Source: Deltaproteobacteria bacterium (GTDB lineage Bacteria; Myxococcota_A; UBA9160; SMWR01). Taken from it: a DNA stretch of 47,988 nucleotides. Under the pieces are notes generated by a model. That model searched no databases. It saw nothing but the letters and a program-made list of their open reading frames with translations, and had not been told where the DNA came from. This document shows positions 21,511 through 31,084 of the stretch, one piece after another; positions within the stretch are counted from its first letter, which is position 1, and each line of letters begins with the position of its first letter. Location: the NCBI GenBank assembly GCA_032128115.1, contig JAQBHB010000030.1, forward strand, positions 1 through 47,988. Reading direction: 5' to 3'. A program made the translations under genes and the position numbers.

Positions 21511-23211
21511 ATGCGCAAGCAACCCCTCCACGTTCTCGCGTTCGCCGCTGGCGTGCTCGCCCTGACATTGGCCCTGACATTGGGGCTGGGCGGATTTCAG
21601 CAGGCGGCCGCTGACGATATCGCCGTGAACTACATGATCGATGCCAAGGGCATGAAGACCCTGGACCCGCTCGGCCTGTTGACGTTCGAGCTGCACGGCA
21701 ACTCGAGCTGTAGCAACCTGCTCCACATCGAAGACGTCCCCACGATCGACGCCTCGATCCTGATCGAAACGCTCAAGCCTGCCAAGGTGAAGGGCGCTCC
21801 CAAGGCGCCCAAGATGGCCCGGCTCAACGCCGTGCTCGATTCCTCGACACTGACGCCCCCGCTCTACCTGTACGTGAGCGGTAGCGGGATCGTCTCGGTG
21901 GGCGGCGACTGCCAGGTGCAGATGGGTGCCGTGGTGGGCCCGACGGGCCCGGGGGGCGCGGACGGATCCGATGGTGCCGCCGGACCGGCAGGGCCCGCGG
22001 GATCGACGGGACCCGCAGGACCGGCAGGGTCCGCGGGACCGGCAGGGGCTGACGGCGCAGCTGGACCGGCCGGAGCCGACGGCGCGACGGGACCCTCGGG
22101 GCCCGCAGGACCCGCAGGACCGACCGGGTCCGCGGGGCCGACGGGATCGCCAGGGGCCGATGGAGCCACCGGACCGGCGGGGCCGGCGGGAGCGACTGGC
22201 GCAACCGGTGCGACCGGCGCTGATGGAGCTGATGGAGCTACCGGATCGACGGGACCGGCGGGTGCCGATGGCGCGACCGGACCGGCTGGACCGACGGGCG
22301 CGGCAGGCGCTGATGGTGCGACCGGACCGACGGGCGCGGCAGGCGCTGATGGTGCGACCGGACCAACGGGCGCGGCAGGCGCTGATGGTGCGACCGGACC
22401 AACGGGCGCGGCAGGCGCTGATGGTGCGACCGGACCGGCAGGTGCCGATGGCGCCACCGGACCGACAGGACCCGCGGGACCCATAGGTCCGACGGGAGCA
22501 ACCGGCGCGACAGGACCGACGGGCGCAGCGGGTGCCGATGGCGCGACCGGACCGGCAGGATCCACGGGACCGGCAGGGCCGGCGGGGCCGGCAGGATCGA
22601 CGGGCGCAGCGGGTGCCGATGGCGCGACCGGACCGGCAGGACCCACGGGACCGGCAGGGCCGGCGGGGCCGGCAGGACCGACGGGCACAGCGGGTGCCGA
22701 CGGCGCGACCGGACCGGCAGGATCCACAGGCGCGACCGGGCCGGCGGGACCGACAGGCGCAACCGGGGCGACAGGCCCGGCAGGCCCCACCGGTGCGACC
22801 GGGGCGACCGGTGCCACGGGAGCCACGGGGCCGGATCCCTTCGCGAACTACCAGCACACCGAGAGCGACGCAACGTCCTCGACGACCAGTTCCAGCTTCG
22901 TGCAGAAGCTCAGTCTCGCGACGGGCGTGATTGCGGCCGGCGACTACCGGATCGGGTACAGCATGGAGCTGACCAGCAGCAACAAGAACGCCCAGACCCT
23001 CGTGCAGGTTCAGGTGGATGACACCACAACCATCGCCGGAGGCATGAGCCCGAAGGTCCAGGTGGCGGGCAATTACACCGTGTTCTCGGGCTTCGCGGTG
23101 GTGACGCTCACCAACGCGGCCCACACGATCGACGTGGATTACAAGGACCTGGACACCACCGAGACCGCCACGATTCGCAACGTGCGACTCGAGCTCTACC
23201 CGATTCCGTAG
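21511..23211 (+). CDS. Secreted collagen-like protein with about 100 contiguous Gly-X-Y triplets
   Basis: AAGGAG SD, signal peptide, N-terminal globular domain, [12 protein letters not shown] repeats at 21937-22836, beta-rich C-terminal domain. Confidence 0.92.
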   Translation: MRKQPLHVLAFAAGVLALTLALTLGLGGFQQAAADDIAVNYMIDAKGMKTLDPLGLLTFELHGNSSCSNLLHIEDVPTIDASILIETLKPAKVKGAPKAPKMARLNAVLDSSTLTPPLYLYVSGSGIVSVGGDCQVQMGAVVGPTGPGGADGSDGAAGPAGPAGSTGPAGPAGSAGPAGADGAAGPAGADGATGPSGPAGPAGPTGSAGPTGSPGADGATGPAGPAGATGATGATGADGADGATGSTGPAGADGATGPAGPTGAAGADGATGPTGAAGADGATGPTGAAGADGATGPTGAAGADGATGPAGADGATGPTGPAGPIGPTGATGATGPTGAAGADGATGPAGSTGPAGPAGPAGSTGAAGADGATGPAGPTGPAGPAGPAGPTGTAGADGATGPAGSTGATGPAGPTGATGATGPAGPTGATGATGATGATGPDPFANYQHTESDATSSTTSSSFVQKLSLATGVIAAGDYRIGYSMELTSSNKNAQTLVQVQVDDTTTIAGGMSPKVQVAGNYTVFSGFAVVTLTNAAHTIDVDYKDLDTTETATIRNVRLELYPIP

Positions 23212-23238
23212 TGCCAACGCGGAATCGCGAGCCCTCGC

Positions 23239-23271
23239 AACGGGGTCCCGCTTCGGCGGGGCCCCGTTTTC
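23239..23271 (+). terminator. Intrinsic terminator
   Basis: CGGGGTCCCGC-TTCG-GCGGGGCCCCG (11-bp stem, one G-U pair) followed by TTTT, between convergent genes. Confidence 0.85.
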
Positions 23272-23286
23272 CTTGGGCGCACGCTG

Positions 23287-23832
23287 CTAGCGCGTCGGAG
23301 GTGACGTGGTGCTGCGAGATCGACCCGGCGCCGGCGCAGTCGCGCCCTTCTCCCCGGCCCTCCCGGGCGCCGTGTCCGCCGCCGACTTCTGGGTCTGCGC
23401 CGACTTCCGGAGAGCCGAATCGCTTGCGCCGATCATGATGCGGCCATCGAGTACGGCCCCCTCCTCGATCACGATGCCGGCAGTCGTCAGATCTCCCACG
23501 ACGCGGGCAGTTTTCGAGAGCGTGATCTTGCGACGCGCCAGGATGTTGCCATTCACGCTGCCAGCGATGATCACCTCGTCGCCCTGGATCTCGGCCTCGA
23601 TGATGGCGGCCTGGCCCACGATCACCGACTTGTCGCAGTACAGCGCACCTTTGAGCTTGCCGTCGATTCGAACCGTCTCCTGACAGCGCAACTCGCCAGT
23701 GAAGTGTGTGGAGGCATCGATGGAGGTGGGCGGCGCAACGGTCCGCGGCGCCTGCGCCGGCGCGCGCGGCGTGTCCACCAGCCCCCGGTTCTCCGTCCTG
23801 TCGACCCGAGCCACGAGATCCTTCAACGCCAT
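23287..23832 (-). CDS. Bactofilin (polymer-forming cytoskeletal protein)
   Basis: TSIDASTHFTGEL...VRIDGKLKG...VIVGQAAIIEAEI...VIIAGSVNGNI...ARVVGDL....IVIEEGAVLDGRIMI; G-rich SD before ATG 23832. Confidence 0.92.
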   Translation of the reverse strand: MALKDLVARVDRTENRGLVDTPRAPAQAPRTVAPPTSIDASTHFTGELRCQETVRIDGKLKGALYCDKSVIVGQAAIIEAEIQGDEVIIAGSVNGNILARRKITLSKTARVVGDLTTAGIVIEEGAVLDGRIMIGASDSALRKSAQTQKSAADTAPGRAGEKGATAPAPGRSRSTTSPPTR

Positions 23833-23996
23833 GGTCCCCCCCTTTCCTGGATGCGCCCAGCCCTGGATGCGCCCAGCCGGCGCGCTTGCGGCCCGATCGA
23901 CCCCCGTCGAGCCAGCGTCCATTCACTCATCGCACAGCCGGGCATGCGCCTGCGTGACGCGGCTCACAGCCGGTCCGCAGTCACACCCGTCGGAGC

Positions 23997-26048
23997 TCAA
24001 TCGTCTTCGAGGGCGAGAGTCGGGCCACCGCTGCGCAGGATCGCCTCACGCAGGCGCTCGCGCGCCCGGGTTGCCGCGGGATCCATGCGCACCAGGGCCT
24101 CGAGCTGGGGGATCGATTCCTCGTAGCGTTCCTGATCGAAGAGCAGGAACGCCAGGCGCGCGCGGGCTTCAATCAAGTAGGGGTGGATCCGAAGGGCCCG
24201 TCGGTAGCTTCGGACGGCTCCCTCCGGATCGCCGGCTGCCAGCCGCGCATCACCCAGCGCGACGCGCGCCGCCACGTTGCGGGGATCCACCTGGAGCGCC
24301 TGCTCCAGGGCCTGGATCGCCTGCTGGACCTCGCCCCGCTGCAGCTGAATCGCGCCCAGTGTCGTGCGCCACTCCACGACATTGGGCACCCGATCCAGAA
24401 GCAGCTCCAGCTGGGTCGCGGCCAATTCGAAGCGCGCCATGTCGACGAGCAACGAGGCGGCGTTGCGCCGGATGTGGAGATCCATTGGCCAGCGCTCCAT
24501 CGCCGCGCCATAGAGTTCAGCGGCTTCGCCCTGAATGCGCGCCCGGTAGCCCGCCTGGCTCCAGTCTCCTGTCCGGCGATTCCGCGTGTCGAAGGCGGCG
24601 GGCTCACGACCGGCAAGCAGGGGATTCTGGAAGTTCGCGGCGATGCGGTGATCGACGCGCACCCGGTCCCAGTCGCCGAAGACGAGGCGGCTCGCCACCT
24701 GGCGGGGGCTCGGAACCCGGGCGTCCGCTGACGCCTCGATCGAAAGACGATGAGACGCGATGGCCGCCACGGCTCGCTGCAGGATGCTCGCCACCGCATG
24801 GTTGCCCGCGAAATTCAGGTGCGCGTGGTCGTAGAAGAAGTCACCACCGGGCAGGCCCACCGGATCGACCGCATGGCTCGCGAAGGCCCGCTCCATGTCC
24901 ACGAGGAAGACGCCCTGATCGCTTCGGCCCCCGCCCACGCTCCGGATCGTGTCGTTGATGCGGCTGTCGGCGCGGTAGCGCTGAGCGTCCAGGTCGCGGG
25001 CGCGAACGAAGTGCTCCCTGGCCTCGTCGAGGCTGCCCGCATTCTTCAGGGCCGAGGCCATCCGGAACTGGAGCGCCGCATGCCGATCGTCGATGGATTC
25101 GGCGCGGCGATAGACCTCGAGCAGGACCCGGGGATCCCCGATCTGCTCGCGCTCGCTCGCCTCGTCCCAGGCGCGGTCGAACGCCCGAAGCTCGTCCGCG
25201 GAGAGATCCGACCGGTGTCTCGATGCGAGGGGCGGCCAGTCGGCCAGGTTCGACGCCACCGTAGAGAGCACCACCGGAACGCCTGCGTCCCGTGCCGCGG
25301 CCAGGATCGCCTCCAGATTGTCGCGGAAACGCGCGTACACGGACTCGAGCCGGGGGTCGTCCGCCGCCAACTGGGTGCGGAGGTAGCGCGCAGGATCGAG
25401 AGGCTCGGGAGCCGGGGGCGCCAGGCGCGCGCGCCCAGCCTCCGTCAGCAGATCCAACGACTGTGCGATGCGGAGCCGGCGAAGCCAGCGGCCCAGACCG
25501 AGGCCCGCGCCTCCCCCAGCGCCCGCCATCCCCTCGATCAGCGTCGCTGGACCGTGGGGCCCCACCACCTCGTTGTTGCCCATGTAGATCACCAGACAGT
25601 CGGCGCCGCGGGTCAGCGCCTCGCTCGCGATCGTCCGCACGGCCTGGGAATCGATCCCGGGCAGGGCCGCATTCACCACCTGGACCGGGAGGCCGGGGAA
25701 ACGGGCGCGCAGCATCACCTGGAGCGAGCGCCCGAAGGCGTACTCGGGGGCGACGTCGCCGAAGGCGGCGGACCCCCCCAGCACGAACACCCGGAACGAC
25801 CCGGGGGATTTCGGGTCGGAAATGAAAACCGGGTCTGGCTGGATGGCATACGAGGGGGCGAAATAGAGCTCGGGGAAGCGCGGGTTGGTTCCCCAGGCTG
25901 CCGCCCCGGGGATCGGGACGAAGAAGTCGAGCGAGCGCCCCACGCCCAGTACAGCGAGCAGCCCTTCGGTCGCCGCCACGCCGGCCAGGGCCACCCCCAG
26001 ACCGAGCACCCCCAGAAGCGATCGTGCGCGCCAGTTCGACCGGTTCAC
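23997..26048 (-). CDS. SGNH/GDSL-like hydrolase domain protein with C-terminal TPRs
   Basis: N-terminal TM, FVLGGSAAFG, IYMGNNE, FYDHAHL (DxxH), C-terminal TPR repeats. GTG 26048 is the probable start. Confidence 0.82.
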   Translation of the reverse strand: MNRSNWRARSLLGVLGLGVALAGVAATEGLLAVLGVGRSLDFFVPIPGAAAWGTNPRFPELYFAPSYAIQPDPVFISDPKSPGSFRVFVLGGSAAFGDVAPEYAFGRSLQVMLRARFPGLPVQVVNAALPGIDSQAVRTIASEALTRGADCLVIYMGNNEVVGPHGPATLIEGMAGAGGGAGLGLGRWLRRLRIAQSLDLLTEAGRARLAPPAPEPLDPARYLRTQLAADDPRLESVYARFRDNLEAILAAARDAGVPVVLSTVASNLADWPPLASRHRSDLSADELRAFDRAWDEASEREQIGDPRVLLEVYRRAESIDDRHAALQFRMASALKNAGSLDEAREHFVRARDLDAQRYRADSRINDTIRSVGGGRSDQGVFLVDMERAFASHAVDPVGLPGGDFFYDHAHLNFAGNHAVASILQRAVAAIASHRLSIEASADARVPSPRQVASRLVFGDWDRVRVDHRIAANFQNPLLAGREPAAFDTRNRRTGDWSQAGYRARIQGEAAELYGAAMERWPMDLHIRRNAASLLVDMARFELAATQLELLLDRVPNVVEWRTTLGAIQLQRGEVQQAIQALEQALQVDPRNVAARVALGDARLAAGDPEGAVRSYRRALRIHPYLIEARARLAFLLFDQERYEESIPQLEALVRMDPAATRARERLREAILRSGGPTLALEDD

Positions 26049-26297
26049 CGATCCCCAACCTTGTCGCCCACGGGGAGCCGTAGAAGAAAGTTCGCCATTT
26101 TGGGAAACCCTCTGACTTTTCCGCGCGGCCAACACTCGTAAGTCATTGATTCAACGATGTCCCTGTTTCAGCGCGGAAATTGCCGTTCTTGCCACCATTG
26201 GGAAGGGGGCCGGGAGTCCGTTCGTTCGGGCCGCGCCATGCGTGCGCCTCCGACTCGAAGGGATTCCCGCGTACATCGTGAGGGCCTCCACGAGCCG

Positions 26298-27800
26298 ATG
26301 TCCAGGACACTAGCCGTTGCGCTGATCGCCGGACTGTTGACGCTGATGCTCGGTCGAAAAGTCCTCCGAGGTCTACCTGGCCGGCAACCCCACGGCTCCC
26401 GCGGTCTGCGCCCCCGGAGACAAAACCTACCTCTATACCCTCACGCATCTGGGGGGGAGCAGCGCCTTCGTTCCGGCCATCACGAACTTCGACGTGGCCG
26501 TGCCGAATGTGGCGACGAACGTTTCGAGCGCCGGCTTCATTTCCGGCGCGGACGTGTCTCCGAGCGCGACGATCGTCAACACCCAGACCGACGTGGTGAC
26601 CTGGGAGTTCAAGGTACCGCCGATCACCAATGGCACCTCCAGCGACCCGCTCTTCATCTGCTCGCCGCTGCTGCCGGGCGACGCCGACGAAACCCGGGTC
26701 TCCCTGGGCGGACAGGCCCCCCCATCGACTGCAAGCTGGAGATCGACAAGACCTGCTGCATTCCCCCGCCCGACGTCCCCTTCGGCGACGGCTGCCGGGG
26801 CAAACTGACGCGCATGGTGCTGGAGTACACCGGCGACGACTGCTCCGCCTCGGACAACGAACAGGGCAAGAAGGCCAGCTGCAGCGGCGGGGCCCCCGGG
26901 ACTCCGGTCGACCTGGTGGCCACCGGCAAGGACGCCGGCAAGCTCATCATCGCCCCAGAAATGGACGTGATCACCGGGCAGACGGTCACGTTCACCGGCA
27001 GCGAGGGTCCGCTCAAGGCCAGCACCGGGTTCGACGTGATCGGCGCCGGCGGCACCCAGTCCATCGAGATGCACACCTCCTTTTCGCAGCCGTTGAATCT
27101 CGGTGACCGCTTCGGCTCGATGGTGGTCTTCGCCATGGATCGGACCGACGACCAGGTCGATCCCGGCCCGATCGCCAGTGGCATCAGCCTGGCTCCTGGA
27201 GAGATGACGATCGTGTTCGACACCCGGACGCTCTTCTCCACCACCGTCAACGTGGCGACCGTGACGGGGGAGCAAAACGGGCAGGTTTGCCAGGAAGCCA
27301 ACGACTCGGTCGAGGTCATCGTCACGGCTCCGCCGGCCGGCCCCTACGAGTGCGACAAGCCCATGAAGCGACTGGCCATGCTGTGGGACGGCCTCCAGGA
27401 CGTGCGCGTCGTGGTCTGGAAGTGCGCGGTGGGCAGCACGCAGCTGGCCGATTTCCCGCTGGTTGCGCCGGGTGACGTGGTCGAGGTGGGTGGCTTCACC
27501 ACCGCGCCGTCGAACGTGAAGATCGGCGAATCGGTGTTCCACCTGTCGTGCTCGAATTCCGACATGAACGGAGTCGAGGACTGCGGTCGGAACGAGGGCA
27601 ACGGGAAGGAGAACGACCCGGGGCTCATCAACGACTGGCGGCTCGAGGAGATCACCGACAGCGGTGGCAAGCTCGACTGCACACCCGACCCGCTGGCGGC
27701 GGGACCCATGATTCCGTGCGGACTCGGCTTCGAGCTCGCGCTGATCCTGCCGCCCCTGGCGTACGCCTGGACACGCCGGCGTCGACGCAACGCGGCCTGA
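26298..27800 (+). pseudogene. Cys-rich secreted surface protein with a CGLGFEL-TM-Arg tail, apparently disrupted by two compensating frameshifts or deletions
   Basis: Signal peptide from ATG 26298. Protein-like text shifts to another frame at about 26353-26722 (VEKSSEVYLAG...DKTYLYTLTH...SDPLFICSP) and then returns. It ends CGLGFELALILPPLAYAWTRRRRRNAA. Confidence 0.7.
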
Positions 27801-27974
27801 TTCTTTCAATAGTTCCTGGGAGCGGTTTCTGGGAGCGTCGCGTTCGCGTGTGACTGGAATCTTCCAGTCTGGATACCGCTAAAGCCCCGAAAGCATTCAA
27901 CCGTATAGACAGTACGGAACGGCAGGGGTCCCAGCAGCCCACAAGGGTGTGGGGATCGGGACTCGGGAGCATGG

Positions 27975-28072
27975 GCTCCCCCGAAGAGGCAAAGCCGTCG
28001 AGAGACGGTGACGCAAAGCCAGTTGCCCAATCCCGGGAAACCGGGACGGGTCGAACGGCCGCCGAAGGGAGC
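27975..28072 (+). ncRNA. c-di-GMP-I (GEMM) riboswitch
   Basis: GGCAAA-GCCGTC-GAGA-GACGGT-GACGCAAAGCC core (GNRA-capped P2), a P3 with a CCCGG-GAAA-CCGGG hairpin, 3' GGCCGCCGA, and closing helix GCTCCC/GGGAGC. Confidence 0.88.
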
Positions 28073-28076
28073 GAAA

Positions 28077-28544
28077 ATGAGCTTCGAGCCGCGATCCATT
28101 TCGCATGCACAGGCAGGTGGGCGAGCCACGCGTCGCGCGCGACGCAGCGGCGCATACACCCTCATCGAGATGATGCTCGTCGCAATCATCCTCGGTGCGC
28201 TCGCCGCGATGGCCGTGCCCGGCTTCCAGAAGTACTCGGCCAAGGCCCGGCGTTCCGAAGCCCTGATCGCCCTCAAGACGATCCACACCCTCCAGGAAAC
28301 GTATTACGCCGACAACCTGGAGTACGCCAACACCTTCGACGATCTCGGCTTCGAAATGGTGGGCGCCTCGACCCAGGCCGACGGCACCGTGATCGGCCAG
28401 TACTACACCTACGTCCTCCAGAGCTGGGACGTGGACGGCGAAACCAACGCGAACTATCGCGTCACGGCCACCGGGGACATCGACCCCCGAGACGCGGTTC
28501 TCGACATCCTTGTGATCGAGAACCAGCTCACCGTGGTTCAGTAA
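28077..28544 (+). CDS. Type IV pilin (PilA/PilE-like)
   Basis: Basic leader RRARRSGA|YTLIEMMLVAIILGALAAMAVP with Glu at +5, followed by KARRSEA...L..I...QE.YY. Confidence 0.9.
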   Translation: MSFEPRSISHAQAGGRATRRARRSGAYTLIEMMLVAIILGALAAMAVPGFQKYSAKARRSEALIALKTIHTLQETYYADNLEYANTFDDLGFEMVGASTQADGTVIGQYYTYVLQSWDVDGETNANYRVTATGDIDPRDAVLDILVIENQLTVVQ

Positions 28545-28594
28545 CGCGATTCCGATTCCCACGATTCCGATTCCCACAACAGGAGATCTCCGAG

Positions 28595-28984
28595 ATGAAG
28601 GACAATACGAGACAGCGCCCCCCCCTGTGGCGGTTGCTCTTCGTTCCCGCGGCGATGGCTATCGTCGGCGGTGGCGCAGCGCTAGCCGACCACATGGTCA
28701 ATGCGAACGAGCCCGTCATCATTTCCGATGACGTGACCAACCAGATGACAGGTGTCGTCTCGACCACCGGTGGCGATGGCGAGGGTGGCACGATCGATGG
28801 AACCTGCGCCGCCGATGGCAGCTCGGGCGTCACGATCACCGACTGGAACAAGACCAAGGCCAAGACGAGCAAGACGGCAACCACCACGACGACCACCGTT
28901 TGCGGCGTTACGCCTGCTGCACCTGAGCCTGATCCTGCGCCGGTGAGCAAGACCGTGGTGAGCAAGACCGATACGAAGAAGTAG
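28595..28984 (+). CDS. Small secreted Thr/Lys/Gly-rich protein
   Basis: AGGAG SD, signal peptide ending AALA, two Cys, TTTTTT tract. Confidence 0.75.
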   Translation: MKDNTRQRPPLWRLLFVPAAMAIVGGGAALADHMVNANEPVIISDDVTNQMTGVVSTTGGDGEGGTIDGTCAADGSSGVTITDWNKTKAKTSKTATTTTTTVCGVTPAAPEPDPAPVSKTVVSKTDTKK

Positions 28985-29025
28985 CGGTCCGATTCGGACA
29001 GCGGTCTCCTTGTCAACAGCTCGGA

Positions 29026-29059
29026 GCCGTCCGCGTTGCCGCCCGGCAACGCGGACGGC
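29026..29059. terminator. Perfect 15-bp hairpin after the pilin unit (no U-tract)
   Basis: GCCGTCCGCGTTGCC-GCCC-GGCAACGCGGACGGC. Confidence 0.6.
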
Positions 29060-29188
29060 GAGAGCGGCGACACGGGCACCGAGACCGGGAATGCGAGCCC
29101 ACCGGGCGCCGTTCGTAACAGGCGGTGCCCGACGCTCGACTCCGCGCCGAGCGAGTTCGAGATCGCACCAGAAGGGGTCGGCCGGACC

Positions 29189-30235
<1,047 letters not shown>

Positions 30236-30256
30236 AGCCGCCAACCGGCGTCGGGC

Positions 30257-31084
30257 ATGCGAATCGCGCTCCGTCTCAGCAGTCTGCAGGTCTTCCTGAC
30301 GTCGGTCCTGATCTTGCTGATCTGCGCCGGCTTCGTGGCCGAGGTGGCCGACAAGGTCTGGGAGGCCCACGAGTTCGACGGCCTGATCGATTTCTTCGGT
30401 CTGAGCCACGAATGGAACCTGCCCACCTGGTTCACGTCGATCCTGATGTTCTCGTGCGCACTGGTGCTCGTCGGCATCGGGGGAGCCAAGCGCCAGGAGG
30501 GCGCCCGCTATGCCCGCCATTGGTGGGGTCTCGCCGCCGGCTTCGCCTACATCTCGCTGGACGAGATCGTGCAGCTTCACGAGGACGCGGGGGACCTGAT
30601 CCACCTGAGAGGCGTTCTGTACTTCGACTGGGTGGTGCCCGCGTCGGCGCTGGTACTGATCCTGGGCATCGTCTACCTGCGCTTCCTGTGGCACCTGCCC
30701 GTCCGAACCCGCATGGGGTTCATCGAAGCCGGCCTGCTCTACGTGGGAGGAGCCCTGCTGATGGAGTTGCCCCTGGGCTGGTGGGCCGATCGCGCCGGCC
30801 GCGACAATTTTGTGTACGGAATGATCGACCTGGTCGAGGAATCCATGGAGATGGTGGGAGCGAGCCTCTTCCTGTACCTGCTGGTCGACTACGTGGCGGG
30901 GCCCACGCGGACCCTCTGGATCTCGTTCCAGGAAGACCCGGACCGGGGGGCTGCACGCCCCGTGGAATCCAGCGGCCGCACCGGTCCGGATACACGCCGC
31001 GGACGCTTCTCGTGGCCGAGACGCCGCACCTCCGCGATTCGGTTTCAGGCTGGGCGCCCGTCCGGACGAAAAAGGACGACGTGA
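30257..31084 (+). CDS. Hypothetical polytopic membrane protein
   Basis: About 6 TM segments; EWNLPTWF, SLDE..QLHE, EESMEMVG motifs. Confidence 0.8.
   Translation: MRIALRLSSLQVFLTSVLILLICAGFVAEVADKVWEAHEFDGLIDFFGLSHEWNLPTWFTSILMFSCALVLVGIGGAKRQEGARYARHWWGLAAGFAYISLDEIVQLHEDAGDLIHLRGVLYFDWVVPASALVLILGIVYLRFLWHLPVRTRMGFIEAGLLYVGGALLMELPLGWWADRAGRDNFVYGMIDLVEESMEMVGASLFLYLLVDYVAGPTRTLWISFQEDPDRGAARPVESSGRTGPDTRRGRFSWPRRRTSAIRFQAGRPSGRKRTT

Noticed and set aside
21864..22930. Repetitive ORFs (PVAPVGPAG..., DRQGRR...) and possible CRISPR-like periodicity
   Set aside because: These are alternative frames of the collagen repeat. There are no unique spacers and no cas genes.
28008..28076. Pilin start at GTG 28008
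   Set aside because: It lies inside the riboswitch aptamer. ATG 28077 has a proper SD.
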